Source: Sarea resinae
Taxonomy: Eukaryota
NCBI GenBank assembly: GCA_026026165.1
Contig: JAPEUD010000044.1
Location: 1-64,000, forward strand
Reading direction: 5' to 3'
DNA length: 64,000 nucleotides
Each line of letters opens with the position of its first letter. Within the stretch, counting starts at the first letter, position 1. Below are positions 41,026 to 54,060 of this stretch, piece after piece. The position numbers and the translations under genes are program-made. The notes under the pieces are model-generated. The model was not told where the DNA came from. It did no database searches and was given only the letters and a program-made list of their open reading frames with translations.

Positions 41026-42610
41026 CTAAGCCGCAACCTCCCCATTCGTGTCGTCCAGAGTGGCCGCGCTCTGTTCTCTCTGCATCCTCGCTTCAATCTC
41101 CTTGAGTTGGCTCTCGCGGGCGAGCAGTTCTTGTCTCTTCTCGTTGATCTCTCTCTGCACCTTAAGCTCAATCTCCCTGAGCTTCTCTTCCTCGCGGCGG
41201 AGCTGCTCCTCCTTGAGGCGGACAGATTGAGAGGCGAGATCTTCAGGGTTCATGGACGAATCACTGGACATGCGTTGCACATTAGCAAAAAGACTACCGC
41301 GTAGACTATAAGGGAATATGACTTACGCAGCACCGCCCTCGACACCCTTGCTCAATTTCTCCGTTCGGTAATTCTCGTACAAGAAATCGTGGGTGATCTC
41401 CTTCAGGTCTGCGAGATGGCTGTGAAGAAGGGCGCTTCTGATGGCAAGAAAGTCGGAATGCCTTGGGTTGTCAACCTCCACGACACCCCATGGATACTGT
41501 CGCGCCCTGACTCTCCTACCGCCAATTTCCACAATATCCTCGGATCCAACAATGGCGAAAGGCATCAAGCCTCGCAATTCGGCGTTTTCCTCCACCGTGT
41601 CTTCATCGTCTTCCTCGATGTCATAAGGAAAGTTATAGACCGGGATACGGTAGTGCTCAATGTCTTCCATGACCAGCTTCTTTGACTCAGCAAGCTCGGC
41701 AGGTGTTAGAGAGTCGGCCTTGCCAATGACTGGGATGACGTTGACGCGAGGTGAGAGACGTTTCATGAGTTCGATGTCTAACTCACGGAGACTGCGACAC
41801 ACATTAGCAACTTGAGAAGATAGCTGCTCTTGATTGAGCTTACCCATGGCCAGTGGGGGTGATGAAGTAGAGCAGAGCGTGGACACGATTATCGTGAAAC
41901 CTGGGGTTACGCTTGATACGCGACTCCTCCGCGAGAATGTCATCGTACTGGCGCTCTAGATAGCCGACAATCTCCGAGAAGCTAACAAAGTCAGGATGAG
42001 CTCGTATGTAGGGATTCGAGTATCGAGTATTACCTTGCCTCGTTGTCGATCTGGTCGCCGAAGCCAGGAGTGTCGACGATGGTGAGAGAGATACGGGTCC
42101 CTTCCTCATCTAGCTCCAACTCTGAAAGGTACAGGTATCAGTAGATGGCTCAAGATCATCTAACGCATCTGTGATATAATTCTTACCGACTGTGACCGGC
42201 TTGATCCTGACACCTTCCTCAACATGCGCATTGCTGGCATCATCAGCATCCTTGTGCTGCAGCACTTTCTTGCCGCATAGTGTGTTGACAAAAGTTGTGC
42301 GGCCTATAGGAAGATTACATTTAGTGATTGGGAGCTCCAATTCCCGAAGCATGATGTAGGAGTCGTACCAGTCCCCGATACACCACAAACCATCATACAA
42401 AACTGGATTCCCTTCTTCACATTCTTCTTCCGGCGAAGCTTGATCTAATACAGAGAGGTATGTCAGCTTCCCCGATGCCCTTCATCTTCTGTAGTGCTCG
42501 TCCAAGGAGAGGCCGTTCATCACGGACACAATCAGACACGTGCTAGATTTGGTCGTATGGGAGAGTTCTCGAGGCGTTGGAGGACCTACCGCGCTGGCTG
42601 CAGACGACAT
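41026..42610 (-). CDS. CDC11: Septin Cdc11/AspA (7-codon first exon MSSAASA, several introns)
   Basis: KLRRKKNVKKGIQFCMMVCGVSGTG|RTTFVNTL (Cdc11-type P-loop with Arg), DTPGFGD, IGKAD, RQYPWG septin unique element, C-terminal coiled coil. Confidence 0.92.
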
Positions 42611-43745
42611 TTTGGGATACTGGCTGGAAGGACACCTGGCCAGAAAGTGAAGATGCTTTGATTGCGTGAGGAGAAGAGACGCCGGCAGCTTCGATGAGAA
42701 AAACGTCCGTCAAGCTCACAGTTCGACGTTTGGCCGATGGGAGAAAGAAAGTTGTGGACGGGGTAAGGGGCTGAAGCGAGATTCGGCAGGAGCCCCTTTG
42801 GGCGACGTCGACATGCTCGGACCAGCTAACTTCCACAGTGACTATGCATATACTTGTCACGAAGACAAAGTCGCTATGACTACGAGCGCAACAGGGCGGT
42901 TTGGACTGAGGTACTCTAGAGGTACCTTCCCCTGGCTATGTACCATACCGCGTGGACCTCTCTGCTCTACTCATAGTACCTTCAAGGATCGACATAAACA
43001 AACCAAGCCAATGAGTACGGTACATTACCACAGGTACCCACCTCTAAATGGACTGTGTTCAATAACATCAACAAGGTACGTAAGATGTTAGGAGATTGTA
43101 CAGACAATGGAATACAGAAACTCGATGAGAATAGAAGACATCTGAATCTTCGGCTGCCTGCATCGATCAAGGTAGGTAATGATAGCGAGCGATGTAGCCA
43201 TCCGATGCTCTGCAATGCATCTACTTTCTCCCATGTTAAGCTCGATATGAAAGGGGTCCTCTACTCACTGCACTCTAAAGAAAGGGTTCCGACAACTGCA
43301 GACCAAGATGACGATCCCAGCAAGCGTCCTCCTAGCTCAGGACTGTGCAATGTTGTACCGCTCTTGGCTTCCATTGGCTTCAGGGTACCTATCAGTCGGT
43401 AACGCATCACTCTCCAAGGAAAGGTACGAGGTACCGGGTATCTTCTTTAGGCATATGTGGACGGTCCCGGTCTCCGTATCTTGGAGGCGACGGGAAGCTC
43501 CAGGACTGCCAAGTAGGCACAAACTATAAGACGTAGCGATCGAAAGCTGACTGTGACGATATGGACACATGATAACATCTTCCGTAGATCTTTATCGCGT
43601 CTTATCATCATCATCTCTAACAAATCTTCGATATTTCATCAAGATGCGTTTCCCAAAATGCACATGAACATATATTTCATGCCTCATACAGTGGTCGTCT
43701 AATTTGAGGGACGCTCTGCGGTTTTCACCTCGCGCCCAAGTGAAC

Positions 43746-45179
43746 ATGAATACCCGGTCCGCCATTGATACATCAGCTGGGCCGGTGTCGCTCTCAGCGG
43801 CGTTCAACCAAGACAGCAGCTGCTTTTCAGTCGGTCTTGATAATGGCTTCTGTGGTAGGTGACTCTGGAGAAGAGTACCTTGCCGCTCTTATCACTTGCT
43901 CAGGTGCTGACCCAAGCCCGATAAGTGTTTAATGCGGATGCATGCGAATTAAAGGTATCGCGGGGTAAGCCAGACTCCCTCCAGCTACACCTCAACAAAT
44001 GAAGGGGCTAATTTAAGTATATGTTACAGATTTCAATGCCGGTATAGGTATAGTGGAGATGCTTGGTCGCGCAAATCTCATAGCTCTGGTAGGCGGCGGA
44101 CGGCGGCCAAAGTTCCCCCAGAATAAGGTCGGTAAGAGCAGGCCCATGATATAATTTCCATATTCTATGGTAGCACTGACAGAATTTCTCTTCCTTTTCA
44201 GGTTGTCATCTGGGATGATGCGAAGCAGAAAGCCGTTATCACGATCGAATTCCGTACCCCTGTTCACCGCGTACGTCTGTCTCGCACCCGCATCGTCGTT
44301 GCACTTCAAAACAGTATACATGTCTACACATTCTCGTCACCACCGGAGAAGCTTTCTGTTTTTGAGACCGCAGACAATGTACTTGGCCTCTGCTGCCTAG
44401 GATCTCAAGTGCTTGCCTTCCCAGGCCGAACAGCGGGGCAAGTGCAGCTCGTGGAGCTGGCAAATGGAAATGTCAGTATTATACCGGCACATAGTGCACC
44501 TCTGCGAGCCATGGATCTAAGCCCAGATGGCGAAGTTCTCGCAACAGCAAGCGAAACTGTGAGGATCCTATTTTTTGTCCACTGAGGCTCGAATTGACGA
44601 ACAATTGCCTTGTAGGGAACCCTAATCCGCGTCTTCTCGACGGGTAATTGTGCCCGTCTTGCTGAACTTCGCAGGGGCGTTGATCATGCTACCATATTTT
44701 CATTGGCCATATCCCCTTCGAGCGAGCTTTTGGCAGTCACCTCTGATAAATCTACCTTGCACATTTTTGATCTCCCCCATCCTTTCCAAGCAACCAAGTA
44801 CAAGGCTGCCGGAGCTTCACCTGTCTTAGGACCGGAAGATGAAAATCCAAGCCAGAAATGGGGCATTCTAGGCAAAATTCCCCTCATGCCACGGGTCTTT
44901 TCTGACGTATACTCGATTGCATCGGCGCACTTTGAAATTGGTGATGAGGCACAAGCTACTCTAGACGGAGGCGGCTGGCCCGCTTCGAAAGCCCCCATCC
45001 CCGGTCTGCCAGGCGGACATCCGCCAAAGGGGATAATTGGATGGTCGAGTAATGACACACTTTTAGTCATCGGTGCAGGTCGTGATGGCCGGTGGGAAAA
45101 ATTCGTGGTAACAGAGGGCGATAATGAAAGGAAATATTGCATTCGAGATGGCTGGCGAAGATATCTTGGTGGTCCATAG
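43746..45179 (+). CDS. HSV2: WD40 PROPPIN phosphoinositide-binding protein (Hsv2/SVP1-like, Atg18 family), ~5 exons
   Basis: [51 protein letters not shown] lipid-binding motif, SDKSTLHIF. Confidence 0.9.
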
Positions 45180-45722
45180 CTCAATATGAGTGGTACTTAC
45201 GGAAGAGCACGTCTAGGTGTAACCTAACCTTGGAATATCCACATCTGGCGAGCCACAATCCGACACCAAACCATCTCTCGCCTTGCGTTCCCAATGAATG
45301 CATCGCCAAATTCGGCATAGCGTGATAGTATTCTGATCTGATATGGTGCACACTCCTAACTCTCAGAGGAGAAACAGTGTAGCACTTGAGACGGCTATTG
45401 TGGTATGTTTTTCTTCACCGCAATGGTTACAATGACATAATTGCAACGGCTCGAGGTTCGAGGATCTGACTTTGGACTCAGATGCTGGTGGCAAAAGAAC
45501 ACTTAAGTTTGGATGCCCCAGAAAGAACCCAAAGAAATTTGGGATCCGGGCTCTTTCTGTATCCTTGGGGGCACAACACGTGACAGCATCTTCATGCCAG
45601 GTTGTAGAAGCCTGACTGTTCCAAATATTGGCGCCCAGTTGATAGTCCGCACCGCTTCAATACCTAGGTTTCGAAATCCAGAAATGTAACCTCGAAGGGA
45701 TGTCTGCAATAAGAGTATTAAA

Positions 45723-46601
45723 TCATCGATAATTCCTCTCTCTTGACAATGACTCTCTGTAATCCTGCGAGTCCCGACGATCTCGGCCCTTTTTGCTAGA
45801 TCGTTCAGCATGCATTTCTCGTGTCCTAGATCGGTGACGATGATGCTCTCCCCGCGCCCGATGCTGATCTTCATGACTGTCCCTCGTAGAGCGGTGATGA
45901 TGATGATGGCGACTCTTGCTTCTTTCATCATGCCGCTTGTTCGTTCTCGTTTTCAGTAACGCTGCTTCAACTTCCTCCCTTTTCTCTCTGATGAGGTACT
46001 CTTTCATCGGATCATCATCGTCGTGATCCCCAATCAATTTAGCCAGTTCCATCTCTTCTTTCAACATGGGCCTGTTCCTCTCCTCTTCACTGTCGCTCTC
46101 CGTGCTGCGCCGTCTCTTTGTCCTGTGTGCATCATACTCATCTTTATCTCCTGTGCCTCCGGTGCCGTCGAAGTCCTTGGTGTTATCCATGATTTCCTCA
46201 TCGTCCTTTCGCTTGTATCTAGTATGATCCACCCTCAGCACTCTACCCATAACGTTTGCCCCACCCAGGTTGTCCACGGCCAGATCTGTACTCCTTTGGT
46301 CTTCATATTTCAAGAATGCAAAGCCTTTGGACTTGCCAGTCTCTTTGTCGCGCACGAGATTGACGTGGACGGGCTCGCCAAATTGTGAGAATATTGTGAT
46401 GATGTCTCCCTCGGAGAGTTCGAATGGGAGGCCACCAATGTATATATATGCCGTATCTCGATAGTCTGTATGCCACGATGCCTCAGGTGAACTATGCAGG
46501 CTTTATATCAGCTGGGCTACGACAGCGGGCATAGGCTAGACTTACACTCCATTCTCAAGTTCGCGCTTGTTGAGCGCCTGTATCTGGCGAATATTGTTCA
46601 T
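45723..46601 (-). CDS. IST3: RES complex / U2 snRNP RRM protein Ist3 (RBMX2/Cwc29)
   Basis: MNNIRQIQALNKRELENG|..SWHTDYRDTAYIYIGGLPF, RDKETGKSKGFAFLKYEDQRSTDLAVDNL. Confidence 0.95.
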
Positions 46602-47060
46602 CTTGAGGAGGATTCGTCCAAAAGTGATTAAAATCCAGAGTCCATTGTACGTTTCCGGTTTATGGTGAAGATCCGACACGGTGTATCGTGTCTGATTGAA
46701 TATTTCAACGGTGCTCCTGCACTTGCATTGTGGTATGCGGATTTCGCGACAAAGCTACAGGCGACGAATGACCTTGCAACGTCGGCAGAACGCGGTGATC
46801 TACGCGGCTCCGCATAAACTTTCAGGAGGGAGCTTTCATTCAAAAACAACAACGACAACGATAATCCGTCAACCTTCTTCAAGCCACATTTGAAGCTCGA
46901 TTGCTTCGGAAGATAACTCTATGGTTCACAGACTCATTCGATACGAAATTATTTGAATCCTCACCCCTGATCTCCGAACTGGATACCCACGGGGACTGGT
47001 CTCACCCACTGGAAGCCGACATCCTTAATCCTTAGTCCGTCAAGCCGCAGATTCCAGGCG

Positions 47061-48999
47061 ATGGTCGACGTCGACGATCGTGCAGCAGCTACAAGGCACA
47101 CAACCCTCGCCGGTCAGCAAGACAGTACGGTTAGACCCAAAAGTAGCGATGGTGGAAAGCCAGATCTGTGGTCTTCGCTGCTCGATGGGGTTGCTAGTGG
47201 GAGGAGGTTACCTGAGAAGAATATACTAGTCCTTGGTCGGTTCCAATTTACTCGAATCCTAGAAGGATCATACTGACGTTCACTTCTTTTCAGGTGGCAC
47301 GCCAGATACCCAGAAAGAATTCTTGGAATCCTTATCCTACGATCCTTCACGGAAAACTCAGGACAGATATTCGACCAAGCCTCCTCCCATAGCCAACCAA
47401 TTTGCTCTAGGATACACATACCGTGATGTCCTTGATGCGGACCATGAGGGTAATGAGGGGATTCAGATATCACCAGGTGCGGCATTGTGCTAATAAGTTG
47501 CTCAGATATTCTTGCGCGCTTGTCACTCTATCTCCTGACTGATCCTTCGCCCTCATTCACGACTCTCTTGAGACCACTGCTCACACCTGCAGCTATTCCG
47601 AATACTGAAATTGTTATACTCCTCGACTGGACACATCCTTGGTCTTGGCTTCGACAGCTAAGGGATTGGGTTCGTTTATTACGATCCTTACTTGCTTCAC
47701 TCAGTGATGATTCGAAAGAGGCGATGGAAGAACTCATGATATCTTGGAGGGATCGGGGCCGGGGTGGAGGTGGTCTGGATAGCGGGGGCGGATCAAACGT
47801 TGCTGATGGTGATGTGTCTATTCCCCTGGGCCCAGGCGAGTGGGATGAAGCACTTGGTCTGCCATTATGCGTGGTCTGCCAGAATGTGGGTCCCAATCTG
47901 TCTTTTTGCGACCCTTTTGAGTCCTTGTTCTGTAGCAAGGAAGGCAACGCGCTAACGGCTTCCGGATGAGTAGGCCGATAAGATGGACACTTTGGAAAAG
48001 GAGCGGGGTTGGAGGGAAGAAGACTTTGATTTTGTATTACAATTTCTGAGAACTGTGTTGCTGAAGCGTGAGCATTTGTGATTCCATTCGTCATACTTTG
48101 ACCATGCTAATGATATTCGCAGATGGTGCCTCTTTAATATATACCACGCCCTCAACTTCTAGTTCACTCCAGACTCTAGTACATTCTTCTCTCGGTATTC
48201 AGTCGCTACTTAAACGCCGATCTCTGAAGCATAACGTCATTGACAGGGACAAGGTCTTGGTCCCACCTAATTGGGACTCGTGGGGCAAGATACGTGTTCT
48301 CAGAGAAGGGTTCGACGTCGAAGGTGTGAACGCAGGGTGGTCCGTCGATATACAGGGCCCTCGCGATTCTCTATCGGAGGACGATCACAATGCTCAGACT
48401 GTCAACAGTATACAGAACGAAGAGGACGAAGGATTACTGCAGGTCTACGAAACCACCATCCGCGATCCCAGAAGAGAGGCCATGCAAGCCCCTGGAAACA
48501 CTCTAGCACGAGTAAATGGCCATGACATTGAGATCGAGAGCCTGGATACGCAAGACTTCTTAACGGGTCAGCTCGACATCATTGACAAGATTAGATTTGA
48601 TGAGGAACAAAAGCAAGGAGCTAAGGATGGTAGGCGCGATACGAATCGCTATTCGAGCAACCAAGAAGACGACGACATTCGGGATGGAGAAAGTGGGGTC
48701 ATTGTTGAAGATCGCGGGCGTGTCAATGAGCATATAGGGCCGGTACAATTCAATGTAGGAGGTATCCAAGTGGATGCCGACGACATGTTGAAGCGGCTGA
48801 AGGTGAAGAAGCAACCCTTTTATTCGATGGCTTCCTTTTACTGATGAAGGTGTAGGACCGAGAAGCTAGTAGGACTCCGGACCGTGAGAACTCAGCAGTA
48901 ACATCTCCAGACGGGAAATCGCAGAACGAGGCGTTAGCATCATTTTTTGCAGGCTTGATGAAGAGGGGAGGCAACACAGCTTCAAATAGTCCTCGGTGA
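47061..48999 (+). CDS. Cytoplasmic dynein light intermediate chain (DLIC), ~6 exons
   Basis: LPEKNILVLG|G, ANQFALGYTY, ILLDWTHPW, FDFVLQFLRTVLLK|HGASLIYT, DKVLVPPNWDSWGKI, C-terminal LASFFAGLM. Confidence 0.92.
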
Positions 49000-51900
49000 A
49001 CGGGACAGAATAGCTTTGCTGGCCGCACTTCCATCATGCCTGCGTGCTTAGTGAATCATCTCTGTCGGATTTCTGCTTCTTGGTCTGGCGTTTGCGGAAC
49101 CAGTCCCACCAAGAGCATATTTCTCCGATCGGTGGGCCATATCGTCTTCGCCCTTCCGTTTTTCCCCCGCTTTATACCCGATAGACATTTATGTGCTCTC
49201 GAGCGTTAAAGGCGTCGAAATAATTCACATGTATCAAATAACCTTTCGAAGAAGCTCGTTAAATAATCTTCAATTCACTGAAACTATTCCTATGGCTTTG
49301 AATCGTTGTGGTGTCTAATGAGATTCGAACGAAGTTGCAGAGCATATATTCTACCTACTTCTTTACCCCTTCGACCGTTTCACGTACCTCGGATCAGACA
49401 CCTGTCGCAGCAAGTATAGTCTCTCCCGATCCTTCTTGCACCGCCTTCGCGTGGCGGAAGTGCAGGAGATGGCCCAGGGCTCCAGAGTTGCTTGTGATAA
49501 CGACGGGAATATCTGCTTCCCATTGGCTTCGTGAGCCCTTCAGCATCGGCCAATCTCGAACGACCACGTACCGTCGTCGTCCACTCAATACATTCTGGAT
49601 AATCCGACAGTCTCTGGGAGTAACAGCAGGACCGTCCGAGAGAACATCTGCACGATACCTTCTATTCCAGCGAACAACAAAGAGATGCTCACCCATCTGG
49701 AAACAGGAATCTCCTATGGCTCCGTAGGTGAAGGGACCAGACAGTACTGACGGAAGCTTTGGCCAACGCTGTATCTGTAAATCATGCCGGCCGGAGTTTC
49801 TCAAGCGCCAAGAATCCATAGTGGACACATTTTCATGCAACGCAGCCTCGAGGCACGGACGGGACGGGGCGGACCGTACGATGAGCATAATTCTGCACAG
49901 ACGATATACTACCGTCGTCGTCTGCAGGTCAAGTATTTCTCTCTGTCTGCGTGGGATCTGATTGCTGTTTTGGAATCACAATGCATGGAGAAGCGTCCAA
50001 AGATTGTCGCTGTAAGTCTGCGGCGCGCTCTGATCAAGGTAGGGTAATATTGGACCACTGAGGGAGATTTCCTTGTGGCAGACAATGGAAATCAAAGCAA
50101 TCACGATTGACAGAGGCATACCAGAAGGGCAAAAGGCAAAAAAGAAGGCGACGAGCCTTTGATATGTCGTTCATGCTGCGCTTAATGGCTTGTCATTCGC
50201 AAGGAGATGGCCATGAGCTATATCGCGCGTGTTGAGTGGGGCGATCATGCTCGAACCAACCGTCACTGTAGATCAAGGTGTCCTATGTACGGAGTAGAAA
50301 GGGGATCCATGGGTAGCCGTTGCAGCAGCAGCAGCTACAACAAGCTGCAGACCATCAGAGGTCGAGGACCTGAGTGGAAGGTAAGGTAGGTCATGGCGAT
50401 TGACTGCCTCTGGGGATGATGGTCCATTACTCGTAGGTCAACAAGGTAACAGCAGCAGCAATGCTCTATTGGATCTGCAGCTGCTAATCCTCGATCCTGT
50501 GCATCATTACGTATCGAATGAGACGATATATTCAATACGTAAAAGATCACTCGCCGAGGGTTCGTCGACTGTCGACTCCCGTCGTTGCAGCACTGAAGAT
50601 TCCGAAAGGTGACCCCAGCAGTGGCGCACATGTCTTGGAGCACACACGCCCCACCGAAGTACGAGGTACTTTGTACTTTGTACGGAGCGACCTGAGGCAA
50701 GGTACCTTAGGGTCCGGTACCTTATGCATGGCCTGCTAAGGATTCTACTGCATACGTCGTCCAGTATGGACCTTCACCTTTGAACCCTGATCGATGATCG
50801 CTGCTGACTCGCTTTATGGACGGGAGCTGCGATTACCTTCCTTCCTCTTGCGTCTTAAGTCCTCAGACTGACACAGTGCCTACCAGCGGCCATCAAAACA
50901 GTTCGTCGCCGGCAGAGCTGGAATGGACCAAGGTATCTTCATAGATGGTTGACCATGGTGGTATCCCTTGGAATACTCTCGAACAGAAGAGAAGGATGAA
51001 GGTCATCAATAGCGAATCCTGCATCGCCCTCTGCATCGTAATTCGAGCACCGATGAGGGACGCAACTAACTTCAATGTTATGGTCATGTTCCTCCTCTTC
51101 TTCTCACAAGCAGCATCAGCTTTGAGACCCACTAATAGGTCCGACCGCCTCCGAGGGACCCACTTACCATTTCTGGTTCTACCTCGTCCGGCAATCGCGG
51201 TTAACTCGAAAATCAGAGATCTTTTGCGCAGAATTGACATCTTGGATAAAGGTTTCTTGCATGTCAATCGAAACCGGGGCGAGATGGAAATCGGTCATAC
51301 CGACAGGGTCGTCGACCCTCTCAGCAGCAACACATTGTCGGCCTATATGATTTGCAGATCCTGCAGGTGGATGGCTAAACCCTAGATTTAGCCCTAGTAT
51401 GTAGGTGTACGAAAGGGAAGAGACCCCTCCCATCAAGCGAAGAGGAAGTTTGGGAAGGGCAGATATTGGGTGAAGTCTTTAGTGTAGTGGCTAATTACGA
51501 GTAGTAAACGTGGGCCGACGGACAGCACGCGATCAGAGCTTCCAAGCGAAACGGTTTAAGCTACGACGATGGCGCAGGGGAATTTGCCTTAGGCACATCG
51601 GGGAAGCAGACGATGCCGCCAACGTCCTGACACATAGATCAGGAAGGTTCTTGAGGGGCCGCACGAGGCAGTGATGGCGCGCCTCAATTGTGTGGCTGCC
51701 AATCGTCTCTTGGATGTCTCGTTGATCGTTTCTCAATTCCTCAAGGGGAGTTCCTACTAAAGAAACCCGGCAGTCTCCTAGTCGTCCCCGCATTAGCCGC
51801 TGCATGCACGAGGCTAGTCAGATCCCCCAGGTTGTCTGGTCTCAATCGAATGCCCTACTAACGTCGACCGCTGCTTACTGGAGATGACGACGGTTGAATC

Positions 51901-52502
51901 AAGTTTACTGTATGGGTCATAGGCCCGTCTGTCTTTTGGATCATGAATGGCGCTTTCCCTCTAGTACAACGACCATTTGCATTTGACTTTGAGACGGCTG
52001 GTGACAAGACCCTTATGTTCGGCCATGAGAGGGCAAAACTTGCGATGAAGCATGGATGTTGAGAGACAGTCACGCCAATGGTCTGTCCATGTTCGAATCA
52101 TGGCCTTATCTACGGTCCCGGCGGTCTCCAGCCCGCCACCCCCGCCGCCGCACTAACCTTTTTCAATCACATGTCTTCATCTTCACTCCTTGACTGTTCT
52201 AAGATCGTCGAATGTGGATATAGATGAATCTGTGTGATTAGGTCATTATCCTGCCGAGAGCGGCCCTGCTTGTCTGCTATGGGATCGTGACAAATATTCA
52301 CCACTAAAAGTTCCAGCACAGCCTATATGTTCTTCACCTACCGGTCAATCCTGAAGCGCTTCTTCCTTCTCACGCTATTAGCTTTTCATCCTTCTCTTTG
52401 TTGATGCTCCCAACTGATAGAGTCCTCAATTTTCACCCTCCCGGGTCATCTTATAAAATCGTTCTGTCTTCTCTTACTATCAATTAGCGTTTTAAAGTCG
52501 AA

Positions 52503-54060
52503 ATGACAAATAATTCCGTAGTAAGTGTGAATGCCCATCACTTCAAGAGTACCCGCTAATCCCTCGCTTTGAAGGCTGCGAACGTTCTAGGGGTATGACT
52601 ATCCAATATGCCCAGAACTTGATAATAGCTGACAGCAGTTGCTATAGACTATTGGGACAAGTAAGTCTACGCACAACTCTAATTACTAGTGACATCAATT
52701 GCTGACCTAGGCTAGTGTACGCTCTTCTAATAGCCTTATTATTGCAAATTTGCTAACCTCTGACTGTCATGCAGCTGTTGGTGTATCCAGGTATGAGTAC
52801 TTTGGTTTTCATATGGGATGATATTAGCTAACCGCGGCGGTAGCTTTTTCCTCAGTACGTTGGATCAAACGTTAGACGTCCGATGTTTGCTCATCTTATA
52901 TAGAATATGGTCCAACTACCGTAGGAAGAACACCGAGGGGCTGCCTGGCGCCATGTTATTTCTCTGGTCTATCTGTATGCCACGGCAATCCGTTGGTTGA
53001 TGCGGCAAATTTCGTACTAATCAGATATAAAAGGCGCTGTCCCATTTGGAGTCTATGCGGTCGTCCAGGTATGGAATATGCTTTTTTGGGGAAGCGCCAT
53101 TTCTAACCAGTGACTCAGAAATTCAATATTCCGATGCAGGTGCAGCCACAAGTGTTTTGTGCTTTATCGCTCGTCAGCTGGGCGCAGACCCTAGTATACC
53201 ATAGGTATTATGCTGTGTTTCACAGTCATTCATAAGCCTTCTAATTGGACTCTAGTCATAAAACCCCTATGGTCGCAACGCTCATAGCTGTCGTCACTGG
53301 CCTTGTCTTTGCAGGTGTCGAGACACTGTTGATCTTAACGCTTCGGGTGAGCAGCTCTCTCTAACCCTCTTTGCTTGTGGCTGATACCTTTCAAGGGCCC
53401 ATACAACCGTGGAACAACTTGGCCTATCACCTTCATTGGCGTCATTGCGGCGGTACTCCTGGCCGCGGGGTTGATCCCTCCGTACTTTGAGATTTGGAAG
53501 CGCAAGGGCAGAGTAGTCGGGATCAGTACGTTTGTTTTCTTTTTCCAGAGGTACAGTCAGATACTAACATGCCCCATCAGACCTTCTCTTTCTAACAGTA
53601 GACTTTTCGGGTGCATTCTTTTCTCTCATAGCATTAGGTAAAGCAGCCACGACCACCTTCTAACATCAATCTGCTGAACGTCTCGCAGCTGTCCAAAATC
53701 ATTTCGATGTCCTCGGAGGCATCCTTTACATCATCTGGTAAGGACTTTATCATCTCCTGCCATAACATTTTCCTGATCAGAACATGCAGCCTTTTTCTAG
53801 AGCTCGGGATCTTCATCTCTCACTGGGTGTGGCTGCTTAGGACCCGCAAGGTTCGAAAGGAAGCAAAATGTGCCGGCCTGAGTTATGACGAGTATGTCGA
53901 GAAAGAGTCGGCAGATTGCCCATCCGGCAGCGGTCTCGCGGACAGCAAGAAAGCCACGCCATCGTCCTCTCAAAAATCTTCCCCCTCATCCTCCGATCTC
54001 GAACTCGGCAACTCCGGAGTTCAAAAGGCGGATAAGGACACGGAAAAGGAGACTGGCTAA
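52503..54060 (+). CDS. PQ-loop repeat membrane protein, 288 aa, 14 exons: 52503-52520, 52575-52592, 52648-52660, 52716, 52775-52790, 52844-52854, 52904-52974, 53034-53068, 53119-53204, 53256-53346, 53396-53525, 53581-53637, 53689-53737, 53790-54060
   Basis: Exons sum to 867 nt and translate MTNNSVAANVLGTIGTICWCIQLFPQIWSNYRRKNTEGLPG..IPMQVQPQ..LIPPYFEIWKRKGRVVGIN..VDFSGAFFSL; all introns GT..AG with branch-like motifs. Confidence 0.88.

Noticed and set aside
42460..42525. Minus-strand GTGATGA...CTGA in septin intron 1 as a snoRNA
   Set aside because: The CTGA is the intron branch point, and the only rRNA-like complement (AAGGGCATC) is not adjacent to a D box.
45775..45806. TCTCGGCCCTTTTTGCTAGATC resembling the U2 snRNA 5' end
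   Set aside because: Antisense to the IST3 CDS and lacks the GTAGTA branch-pairing sequence; chance similarity.
49308..51436. ORFs of 120-165 aa on both strands
   Set aside because: No recognisable domain and no consistent spliced model, despite some intron-like signals.
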